Numbered from the stretch's first letter, positions 8,369-15,462 are shown. The stretch is DNA of 24,000 bases from an uncultured Nitrososphaerota archaeon (GCA_963703285.1 OY969807.1:583577-607576), one strand, 5' to 3'. Numbers and translations: made by a program. Notes: generated by a model not told the origin, from the letters alone.

Positions 8369-9502
8369 TCACATTGGATCGGATGCTCTCTGGTTGAGCA
8401 GGATCCTCGTGTCACCGACAAGGTTCATCAGATTGAGAGGCTTAAGGTCGTAGGCGTACGAGTACCCCCTGACGCACGTCCTAAGGCACATGTTGCAGTT
8501 CTCAGCTCTGGCCACGTGATTCCGGTAGAGGTCGCTCGAAAAATAGTCCTCGAAAGACCCCTTCTTGAGGTCGTAGCTGTGGTCGAAGGTGCAACTGTAA
8601 ATCTTCTTGTCGGGGGAGACGTAGACGAACATCTTCGGGAAGTGGCAAGTCCAGCTCCTTCCTTCGACGAAGTGCTTCAGCACGTATTCGGTCTCCAACA
8701 GAGGATACCCTTCTCGCTTCAGTCTGAGCAGAGTGACGTAGAAGTCGTGGAGCTGCGCTCCGCTGAGCCCCAAGCTTTCGTTACTTCTACCCATGTTGGG
8801 TAAATCTGTCGACTCGTCCGAGCCGAGGCCCGATGCGGGCTCTGGGAAACCGTAAGAGATGCCTGCGGGCTCTACGGTATTGTAGGATATGCCGACCCTC
8901 AGGTACCTCGCCAGCTTCGCCATCGGCTCCATCGCATCGAGATTGTATGTGCCGATGGTCGTCACCAGTATGACCCGAGTCTTACCCGCCTCCCTTATTC
9001 TGTTGATTCCCCTCATCGCGTCGTCAAATGAACCACGCCTCCCCCTGATAGTGTCGTGGTAATCATTGTAGTAGTCCAGCGAGACGAAAGCGAAATCGAG
9101 ATTACTCAGGGACGCGGCCTTGCTTGCGAGCAGCGAAGCGTTCGTGTTCATCGTCGTCAGGAAGCCCTTGTTCTTCGCATAATCCACGATCTTTCCGATG
9201 TCCTTCCTGATGAGCGGCTCACCGCCAAAGACGTAGTAAGCGCGCATGCCAAAATCGTACGCTTCATCGAGAAGCTGGTAGACCTCCTCGGTGGAAAGGT
9301 CCTCCTTCATCCTCGGAGTCAACTGCCAGTATGTACACATTCTGCACTTGGAGTTGCAACCGAACGTGATGGCGTGGGCTAGGAAGAAGGGCTTGTGAGT
9401 GTAGACCCTTGATTTCAGCAGCGAGAGAGAGGAGTCAAGATACCTGGCTGCGTCCCCCCTTGCTCCTCCTTGATTCCTCCCGGGCTTCATGGCGACCACC
9501 AT
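8369..9502 (-). CDS. Radical SAM protein with a Cys-rich (SPASM/twitch-like) C-terminal domain
   Basis: The N-terminal cluster motif is FGCNSKCRMCTYW (CX3CX2C). GGEPLIRKD is the SAM-binding GGE motif. The C-terminal cysteines are C..(17)..C and CNMCLRTC. This is the MoaA/NifB/PqqE-type fold family. Confidence 0.9.
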   Translation of the reverse strand: MVVAMKPGRNQGGARGDAARYLDSSLSLLKSRVYTHKPFFLAHAITFGCNSKCRMCTYWQLTPRMKEDLSTEEVYQLLDEAYDFGMRAYYVFGGEPLIRKDIGKIVDYAKNKGFLTTMNTNASLLASKAASLSNLDFAFVSLDYYNDYHDTIRGRRGSFDDAMRGINRIREAGKTRVILVTTIGTYNLDAMEPMAKLARYLRVGISYNTVEPAGISYGFPEPASGLGSDESTDLPNMGRSNESLGLSGAQLHDFYVTLLRLKREGYPLLETEYVLKHFVEGRSWTCHFPKMFVYVSPDKKIYSCTFDHSYDLKKGSFEDYFSSDLYRNHVARAENCNMCLRTCVRGYSYAYDLKPLNLMNLVGDTRILLNQRASDPM

Positions 9503-9522
9503 CGTAGACTTGCAGGCAGGTC

Positions 9523-9532
9523 GCTAATAAAC
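9523..9532 (-). promoter_or_regulatory. TATA-like box for the radical SAM gene (leaderless geometry)
   Basis: TTTATTA on the minus strand lies 22 nt upstream of ATG 9502. The same AT-rich element reads TAATAAAC on the plus strand. Confidence 0.4.
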
Positions 9533-9870
9533 ACGGGAACGATTCTCAATCTCGGGAAAGATGTTGAGGGAAGTTTTCAGTGGTGCTGAAGACGGCTGGT
9601 CGATTCGACCACGAAAACAGCGACCCATAGGTCTCAGTTGAGGGCGGGCGCTCTTCACATGGCTCGATATCAGTCCACAACAGCGATTTAGTCTCCAATC
9701 TCTGCTGAAATCGCTTCGCAACGGAGAGTCTCGGATGGATGACCATCCCAGGCATTTTTCCAGCCTGTCCACGTAAGCGCAACTCCACAGAGGGTGGAAC
9801 TTGCCCAATGACCTCAAATCAACCTCCACCTCCCGCAAAAGCTTTAAGGAAGGGATTTAAACTCAGAGCT

Positions 9871-9972
9871 ATGGCACCAAAGAAGGGAAAGAAGAAGGTC
9901 GTGAAGCGAAAGACCTCGAAGAAGGTTGCTCCCGGTCCGGTCGCATCCACTCCCGAACCGGCGAAGGCATAA
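9871..9972 (+). CDS. Candidate Lys-rich basic micro-protein (33 aa)
   Basis: The sequence is MAPKKGKKKVVKRKTSKKVAPGPVASTPEPAKA. CTTTAAGG and TTTAAA elements lie 12-30 nt upstream. A hairpin plus T6 run follows 30-65 nt downstream. No family recognised. The longer 77-aa ORF-track version has an implausible N-terminus. Confidence 0.3.
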   Translation: MAPKKGKKKVVKRKTSKKVAPGPVASTPEPAKA

Positions 9973-10001
9973 CCTAACCACCTTACGGCTAATCTTGACA
10001 G

Positions 10002-10038
10002 GACCCTCGTCCGAGCGGCGGGGTCATCCTTCTTTTTT
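10002..10038 (+). terminator. Hairpin plus oligo-T terminator-like element
   Basis: GACCC (10002-10006) pairs with GGGTC (10021-10025). A T6 run follows at 10033-10038. Confidence 0.35.
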
Positions 10039-10289
10039 GCTCTCAGGAGGAAGAGACTCGTGTCCTTTGACATTTCGACAGCCGCCTTCAAGTACAGGTT
10101 CCAACGAGCCTCAGAGTTAGTCAGTCGGGGTGCTCTTCCATCGCGAGACGAGACTACAACACCCTGTTCGAGAGGTCGCTCCAGAGGACTACCCTAACCA
10201 GCATCACGATGGAGCCAGAGAGCCGGCGGTCAGCGCCCCTGCGGCGTCAGCGTTCACACCTAAGGTCGTGTCGAGAGCCAACCATTTCA

Positions 10290-12152
10290 TCAAATGCCGT
10301 TGGAGAGCCAGGGCAGGTTCAGCGGCGTCTGCACAGGTATACTGGACTCGCCCTCGAGCGAGTTCAGAATATCCCCGTACAGCGCCCTGTCACTCTTCTT
10401 CGCGGCCTTCGAGAGCTTCATGATGATCAGCTTCGGCGTGCTAGACCCGATGTGGTCGAACTTCGGCTGCCTGTCGACGATGAGCTCTCCCTCTCTGTCA
10501 AGACCCTCCGCCTCTATCCCGTCGACCCTGATCGAAAGCTTCACGTGAGGAAGGGTCTCCCGGGCAAGGTGCGTCACCAGGAGGAGGAGGCTGCTGCCCG
10601 TCGCGGCCGTGTTCACTATCCCCGCCAGGATCCTGCCCGCGGCTCCGGGTTCGGTCAGGGCCTCGAATTCGTCCATGAGGACGAGCTTCCTGCGCCTGTC
10701 GGCGAAGACGGGGATGAGCGAGCCGAGGGCCTGCTCGAGGCTCCCTATCTTCCGCGTCACCCTCCTCCTGAACAAATAGATGGGGATGGGGGCGACCTCG
10801 GCGCTCTCGCAGGGAACCGGCAGGCCGAGGAGCGCGAGGATGTGAACTGAGGCGAGGGTCGTGAGGAGCGTCGTCTTTCCCCCGCTGTTCGCTCCCGTCA
10901 GCATGACGACGTTCCTTGGCTTGGCCCCAGCTATCTTCGTCGACCTCGTACTGCCCAGCGCGTAGCTGACAGGCTGGACGACCGCCCTTCTCCCGCCCTC
11001 AATCTCATCCTTCGTCAGGAAGAGGTTGCGGCCATTTACGAAGGCCATACCCTCGTTTCCGATAACAGGCACTGTGAGGGTGTACTCTTCCATCATGGAT
11101 GCTACCGCCAGCATCTGGTCGAGAGAGACTACTCTCTCAACCGCATCATCCACCACGACCCAGTACCGCTTCAGAGACGACTCTGTCCTGGCGAGCTTGG
11201 CTGCCCTCTCCTCCTTCTGTCGTCCCTCCCATTTCTGGACGACTCTCCGCCTTCCAGCCCTCTCGAACTCGAAAGGAATCGACAGCCCCTCGAGTGCTGC
11301 CCTTCTGACCTCGCTCTCCTCCTCCGAGTCCATCCTGAGAGTGCTGACCACCTCCTCGACCTGCTCTTCGACTATCCTCCTCGCCCGCTCTTCGTCAACC
11401 CCTCCCTTTCGGAACTTCTCGTTGATCAGAATCTCCGCGTCGGACAGGACCCCCTCCGCATCCTGGACTCCCTTGCTCTCATGCTCCTCTAGGGTCTTCA
11501 TTACGCTCTCCAGAATGCTCCCATCGGTGTTCCTGAAGAACGACCTCAGCGTCACAACCTCGTCGAAGCTTCCAATGATCGAATGAGCCGCCTTGATCAT
11601 GCGCCTGCGTTTGATGAAGTAATCCAGGGTGTCGGATTCCGTCCTCGAGGACGGCTTCTTTCCGGACGGAGCATCGAAGGAAACCTCGGCGAGCACACCC
11701 CTTAGCTCATCGAGCCTTCCTAGCTGCCTCAGCTCCCTCATGATGTCCGTTCCAGTCAGGCACGCGCTCAGCCTGCTCTGGATCGCCTCCCTGTCCAGCG
11801 CTGGCGCAAGCAGCGAGAATCTGTTCTTGGCGAGCTTGGACGAGGCGTGCTCCGAAAAGAGCGAGAGTATGTCCCTGGCAAGCTTTCTGGCGTCCGGCGT
11901 CCTGAAGACCCTCCTCTCCCGGACACCCGAAGCCTCTTCGCTGTGCGCGCGCATGAGCTGGTACGCCTTCTTCCTCCCTGTCGCAGCCATCTCGGCGAAG
12001 CCATCGACGTCAGCCAGCCTGACCCTGCCCAGCAGATCCCGGGCCTTCTCTTCGGAGACGGTCTGGAGGTTGACTCCGAGACGACCGGCGAGCTTGAGTA
12101 AGTCATCGTACTTCATCGGCGCCCCCCGCCTCGACAAATCTGAGACCGACAT
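10290..12152 (-). CDS. MutS-family ATPase (MutS2/MutS5-like), with a helical N-terminal region and MutS domain V but no Smr or mismatch-recognition domain
   Basis: Walker A is MLTGANSGGKTTLL. The Walker B/MutS signature is KLVLMDEFEALTEPGAAG. The conserved TH is in LLLVTHLARE. The N-terminal 400 aa are helical and charged, like a core/clamp region. Confidence 0.85.
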   Translation of the reverse strand: MSVSDLSRRGAPMKYDDLLKLAGRLGVNLQTVSEEKARDLLGRVRLADVDGFAEMAATGRKKAYQLMRAHSEEASGVRERRVFRTPDARKLARDILSLFSEHASSKLAKNRFSLLAPALDREAIQSRLSACLTGTDIMRELRQLGRLDELRGVLAEVSFDAPSGKKPSSRTESDTLDYFIKRRRMIKAAHSIIGSFDEVVTLRSFFRNTDGSILESVMKTLEEHESKGVQDAEGVLSDAEILINEKFRKGGVDEERARRIVEEQVEEVVSTLRMDSEEESEVRRAALEGLSIPFEFERAGRRRVVQKWEGRQKEERAAKLARTESSLKRYWVVVDDAVERVVSLDQMLAVASMMEEYTLTVPVIGNEGMAFVNGRNLFLTKDEIEGGRRAVVQPVSYALGSTRSTKIAGAKPRNVVMLTGANSGGKTTLLTTLASVHILALLGLPVPCESAEVAPIPIYLFRRRVTRKIGSLEQALGSLIPVFADRRRKLVLMDEFEALTEPGAAGRILAGIVNTAATGSSLLLLVTHLARETLPHVKLSIRVDGIEAEGLDREGELIVDRQPKFDHIGSSTPKLIIMKLSKAAKKSDRALYGDILNSLEGESSIPVQTPLNLPWLSNGI

Positions 12153-12306
12153 TGGCTCGTGCGCTTGTCGGCCTCGCTTTATCCGTTTGTTGCCAATACT
12201 TGCTGATTCACTCGCGCTTCTTGTCTATCCTGCGACGGAGGAGGCGTCGAAGCGCTCAGCTCTGCTCCTTTGCCTCGACTCGATTCGCGGGCAACACCCC
12301 AGACGC

Positions 12307-13545
12307 CTATGCAGCCTTGTACCTGAGCAAAGCAGCAAAACCGCCAAGAGCGTTGAGTTTTTCCTTCTCCTCGGACTCGGAAGAGATCACTTCAACCTTG
12401 GCATCGGTTGAGCTAGCGGCATCTTCCAAGACATCCACGATGTCTCTATCTTCCACCTCGTACTCTAGCCCATCGCACTTTCCGCATCGTACTGCCAGTT
12501 CCTGCTCGGTGGTTTCCATCTTCTCATCTTCATGCGCCAGTCGTGTTCTTGACTCCCCGCACTTTTTGCATGTCAGGATAATCTCGGTCAGGCCGGTGTT
12601 ATCCGCGACTAGAACGGTGTTTGCAACTCCATTCCTCACAGCGTCCAGCACCTTATCCAATCCCTGAATTGCCAACCCGTCTTCCTTGGCCATGTCTGCC
12701 TCCAGCCGTTGCAACAACTTGGCATCCTCAGCAGAATGAATCCTTTTCAGCGCCTCGGCTGATTTCTCAAGAGCTTCTTTCACCCCCTCTTTTCCTGAAA
12801 GCGCTGTGTTCACCTGGGGAAGAAGGATGTTCTTGAGCTCGTAGCGAAGGAAATCTTCTTTCAGAAAATCCTCCTTGGTAAAGCCCGGCCCTCCGACGAT
12901 CAGTGCCGTAACTCTTTGTTTTGTGATGAAGGCCTCCGTCGCGTAATCCGCGACCCTGTGAAAGTAATACGTGAGCTCCATGTCGCGCTCTCGCTCATAC
13001 CTTCTCTGGCTCCATCCGCCCTTGTCGGTCTTGCCAGGAATGCCGGAGGTGATGTGGTCAACTATGTCGAGTCTATCGCCGTTCAGGACACCAAATCCTG
13101 CCTCGTCAGCATCCATCGCGATTACTCCGACGACCCTTTCTTCTCGGAGCATCTTCCTGAGCGTCGCTAGATTGAAGTGATCGTCGATATCGAAAGTAAA
13201 CTCGGTTAGGGGTTCTGGCGGGATCAACACTTGAACCTCCGCGCCCTTTGCGCCTACATTGGCGGCAGCGAATATCGCGAGGCCATTGTCTGGAATCTCG
13301 CTTCGCGTCTTGAGAAGATGAATTATCTCCGAGAGTTCGTCTCGAACCTCTCGTCTTGCCTCTTGAGATTTGATTTCTGGAGAATCTAACCTTTCCTTGA
13401 GGAACGCATCCAATTCCTCAATCGTCTTACCCCTCGGTATGTAGAGCGATACAAGGTCTCTTGCCGTTCCCTCTTTGCTCGACAAGGAAGCCATGAGCTT
13501 CCTCATCTTGTACTGCTTTAGAGAATTCGTACTCGTTGCAAGCAA
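12307..13545 (-). CDS. aRF1/eRF1-family paralog with degenerate decoding and catalytic motifs
   Basis: The full three-domain aRF1 layout is recognisable: GTARDLVSLYIPRGK, VGVIAMDADEAGFGVL, LIVGGPGFTKEDF, the zinc ribbon CKKCG...CGKCDG and the C-terminal LGGFAALLRY. However, GGQ reads GGW (KGGWSQRRYER, 13012-13020), NIKS reads EIKS (13366-13377) and YxCxxxF reads FDIDDHF. Confidence 0.85.
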   Translation of the reverse strand: MLATSTNSLKQYKMRKLMASLSSKEGTARDLVSLYIPRGKTIEELDAFLKERLDSPEIKSQEARREVRDELSEIIHLLKTRSEIPDNGLAIFAAANVGAKGAEVQVLIPPEPLTEFTFDIDDHFNLATLRKMLREERVVGVIAMDADEAGFGVLNGDRLDIVDHITSGIPGKTDKGGWSQRRYERERDMELTYYFHRVADYATEAFITKQRVTALIVGGPGFTKEDFLKEDFLRYELKNILLPQVNTALSGKEGVKEALEKSAEALKRIHSAEDAKLLQRLEADMAKEDGLAIQGLDKVLDAVRNGVANTVLVADNTGLTEIILTCKKCGESRTRLAHEDEKMETTEQELAVRCGKCDGLEYEVEDRDIVDVLEDAASSTDAKVEVISSESEEKEKLNALGGFAALLRYKAA

Positions 13546-13657
13546 TCCCTCCAGTTAGCTCCACTCAAAGTGCATGTATCCTTTGCGCGCTCCTTCAAGC
13601 CTGTGCTTGGACTTGGACTCCGGCGTTCTAGCCCAGAGATTGTACATGGGCCCTCGT

Positions 13658-13763
13658 GCCGGGGGGGGTCAACAAGAATGGTCAACGTCGTGGGAATGAG
13701 GCGCCATCCGCCTCAGACCTCCCATCCCTTAGGGGTTCGTGGGTTCGAATCCCACCCCCCGCA
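13658..13763 (+). tRNA. tRNA-Leu (anticodon GAG) with a 17-nt intron at 37/38. The 3' two-thirds are canonical and the 5' third is aberrant.
   Basis: Hand fold. The anticodon stem is TGGGA (13691-95) / TCCCA (13720-24). The loop is A-U-GAG-G...C, with the intron CGCCATCCGCCTCAGAC at 13702-13718. Its GCCTCA segment pairs with U33-GAG-G37-C. The type II variable arm is TCCCTTAGGGGTTC. The T arm is a perfect GTGGG-TTCGAAT-CCCAC, and the acceptor 3' strand is CCCCCGC plus A. On the 5' side, GCCGGGGGGGGTC carries one extra nucleotide or a C3 mismatch, U8 is missing, and the D loop is over-long with a GGTCAAC direct repeat. Confidence 0.55.
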
Positions 13764-13840
13764 CTTATGTGGTACATATATTATGCCCCAGCGATATTTT
13801 TCCCACCATCTTTAACTAGTGGGACGACGCAAGGCTGAAT

Positions 13841-14089
13841 ATGAGCGAATTGGTTTCGATGGATAAGAAGGGCAGGCTTGTCTTGCCAAAAAAAGTCAGG
13901 ACAGAAGCGCGTATTGATGTCGATAGAAAGCTGGTTGCCAGAGTGATAGGCGTAGGACGCGTGGAGTTGTCCGATCCGGATGTCCTATCGACGAAGGCGC
14001 AAGAAATCGGGAAAAAGAAACTGGCAGGGTGGAGGGAAGAAAAGCACGAGTCAAGCAATTACCTCTACGAGTCGGCGAAAGGGAAATGA
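13841..14089 (+). CDS. vapB: AbrB/SpoVT-family antitoxin (VapB-like)
   Basis: MDKKGRLVLPKKVR is the SpoVT-AbrB swapped-hairpin signature. Its stop overlaps the PIN gene start (ATGA at 14086-14089). Confidence 0.85.
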   Translation: MSELVSMDKKGRLVLPKKVRTEARIDVDRKLVARVIGVGRVELSDPDVLSTKAQEIGKKKLAGWREEKHESSNYLYESAKGK

Positions 14090-14472
14090 GACTTATCGAC
14101 ACCGTCGTGCTGATTGGCTATCTTAACCCCCTGGACAAGGAGCACAGGCCATCAGTTGGACACCTTGAGAAAGTCAATTCAGATGAGGACGTTTTTGTTC
14201 CAAATCTCTCATTGGTAGAAGCTGATCTCGTCATGAAGATCCGAGGGTATTCTCACTCCGAGAGGGAAACCTCCTGGCGCGCGCTTGAAAGCAAGATTCC
14301 TCAATCGAAGATAATGGTGCACTCAGTGTCTTCGATTTACTCGGCATTGCAGCTCCAGGAACAAGGAATGGACTATTTCGACTCTCTCATCACATCACTC
14401 GCTCTGGAGACTAGCTCTATCGTAGTGACCACGGACAAACAAATTGGAACAGCGGTGAAGACGGAATGGTAA
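14086..14472 (+). CDS. vapC: PIN-domain toxin (VapC-like)
   Basis: MRLIDTVVLIGYL carries the first acidic residue. Further PIN acidic positions are in LVEADL, YFDSLITS and VVTTDKQ. The start chosen is ATG 14086 rather than the ORF-track 14029. Confidence 0.85.
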   Translation: MRLIDTVVLIGYLNPLDKEHRPSVGHLEKVNSDEDVFVPNLSLVEADLVMKIRGYSHSERETSWRALESKIPQSKIMVHSVSSIYSALQLQEQGMDYFDSLITSLALETSSIVVTTDKQIGTAVKTEW

Positions 14473-14506
14473 GGGAACCACCTCGGCGCATTGCCCCCTG
14501 ACGTCC

Positions 14507-14553
14507 AAGGGAACTGTCATGGGGTTCTCGTGTTCGAATCCCACCCCCCCGCA
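14507..14553 (+). repeat. Decayed copy of the tRNA-Leu 3' end (copy 2 of 4), not a functional tRNA
   Basis: The sequence is AAGGGAACTGTCATGGGGTTCTCGTG-TTCGAAT-CCCAC-CCCCCCGC-A. The T-loop, 3' T stem and acceptor 3' strand match the tRNA at 13744-13763. The 5' T-stem strand is TCGTG, which cannot pair, and there is no 5' half. Confidence 0.7.
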
Positions 14554-14724
14554 TCTTAATAGAGTTGAATCTTGCTCTGTTCATCATTTAAAGTTAGATT
14601 TGAGGGGCTTGTCAATGACTATAGAAGTTTGTTCGACCAGCTGCAAACCAGCTTGGCAGGCGGCTATCATGCACATGGGCGGTTATATCCTTCCTAAACT
14701 CGAAAATCAGATAGGTGCGCGAAG

Positions 14725-15129
14725 TTGGCAGAAGAGATCAAGTATCCCTCTATGGACCAGGTTTCGAGGCTCTATAATCGAACGATTGACGCGACAGGCG
14801 GTGAACGCGGATACCTCAGCAAGTCTAACCTGGACTACCTTTTGGACACGGTCCGAGATGTTGGGGAGAGGCTGCCGAGAAGACGGGCCATTCTGAAGAA
14901 GGCAGCGTTTTTACTGTACAACATAATTGTGATACACCCGTTCCTTAACGGCAACAAGCGAGCCGCTTATGGACTTGTGGAGCTATTCTTGAACTCTAAT
15001 GGCTACAAGGTTTCTCCCGAGACCAATGAGGCATACCTATTCCTCATTGAAGTTGCATCTGGGAAGATTTCAGAGAGCGAAGTCGAAACGTGGATAGCAA
15101 TGCATTTAACGGAGCTGACAGCAGAATGA
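14725..15129 (+). CDS. doc: Fic/Doc-family toxin (death-on-curing type)
   Basis: The Fic core motif is HPFLNGNKRAAY (HxFx[D/N]GNKR). The size is about 130 aa. The start is TTG 14725 or ATG 14752. Confidence 0.85.
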   Translation: MAEEIKYPSMDQVSRLYNRTIDATGGERGYLSKSNLDYLLDTVRDVGERLPRRRAILKKAAFLLYNIIVIHPFLNGNKRAAYGLVELFLNSNGYKVSPETNEAYLFLIEVASGKISESEVETWIAMHLTELTAE

Positions 15130-15136
15130 AGAGCAG

Positions 15137-15250
15137 ATGGCCCAGAAAGTGAGGACAGCGAAACAGATTACAGATAGAGATTTCGACAGACTAGCAGAAT
15201 TAGTCCTCGAAGAAAACAGCGAACTCTTCGAAATGCTGGCCAAGGTATAG
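15137..15250 (+). CDS. Candidate 37-aa ORF immediately downstream of Doc (possible cognate antitoxin)
   Basis: Manual translation gives MAQKVRTAKQITDRDFDRLAELVLEENSELFEMLAKV. It starts 8 nt after the Doc stop and is predicted helical and acidic. No Phd-like ORF lies upstream of Doc. Confidence 0.25.
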   Translation: MAQKVRTAKQITDRDFDRLAELVLEENSELFEMLAKV

Positions 15251-15325
15251 CTACGGTTCTCCCACGCCTTTGTGTAATGGTTGCTACCCAAGGGGTCGCC
15301 ATCTCGATGGGAACCCCCATCCAAT

Positions 15326-15374
15326 AAGGGAACTGTTGGGGGTACCTCGTGTTCGAATCCTACCCCCCGCACCA
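15326..15374 (+). repeat. Decayed copy of the tRNA-Leu 3' end (copy 3 of 4), with encoded CCA
   Basis: The sequence is AAGGGAACTGTTGGGGGTACCTCGTG-TTCGAAT-CCTAC-CCCCCGC-A-CCA. Its first 33 nt are identical to copy 4. Confidence 0.7.
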
Positions 15375-15430
15375 CTTGGTCTGAATTCGGCTTGTACTCG
15401 AATCTGGCGGCCCAGACAGCAGGTCGTAAC

Positions 15431-15462
15431 GTTTTTATCGATAGATATGATAAGATATCATA
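15431..15462 (+). promoter_or_regulatory. TATA-like box plus 7-bp inverted repeat (candidate RHH operator) upstream of the RHH-RelE pair
   Basis: GTTTTTATCG starts at 15431, about 30 nt before ATG 15467. TATGATA (15446-52), a 3-nt spacer and TATCATA (15456-62) form a perfect inverted repeat between the box and the start codon. Confidence 0.4.

Noticed and set aside
9524-9838. The 104-aa minus-strand ORF and the 77-aa plus-strand ORF (9739-9972) in the 9.5-10 kb gap
   Set aside because: Their composition is Cys/Arg/Ser/Trp-rich with no hydrophobic core pattern. They have no family motifs or start-codon context, and they span hairpin and oligo-T elements. Only the internal 33-aa Lys-rich ORF is kept, as a low-confidence candidate.
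14519-14896. The 125-aa ORF spanning tRNA-like copy 2 and overlapping the 5' half of Doc, including a possible leaderless start at ATG 14615
   Set aside because: It begins inside the tRNA-derived repeat and overlaps Doc out of frame for about 170 nt. It also lacks any antitoxin-like fold signature (RHH, AbrB or Phd).
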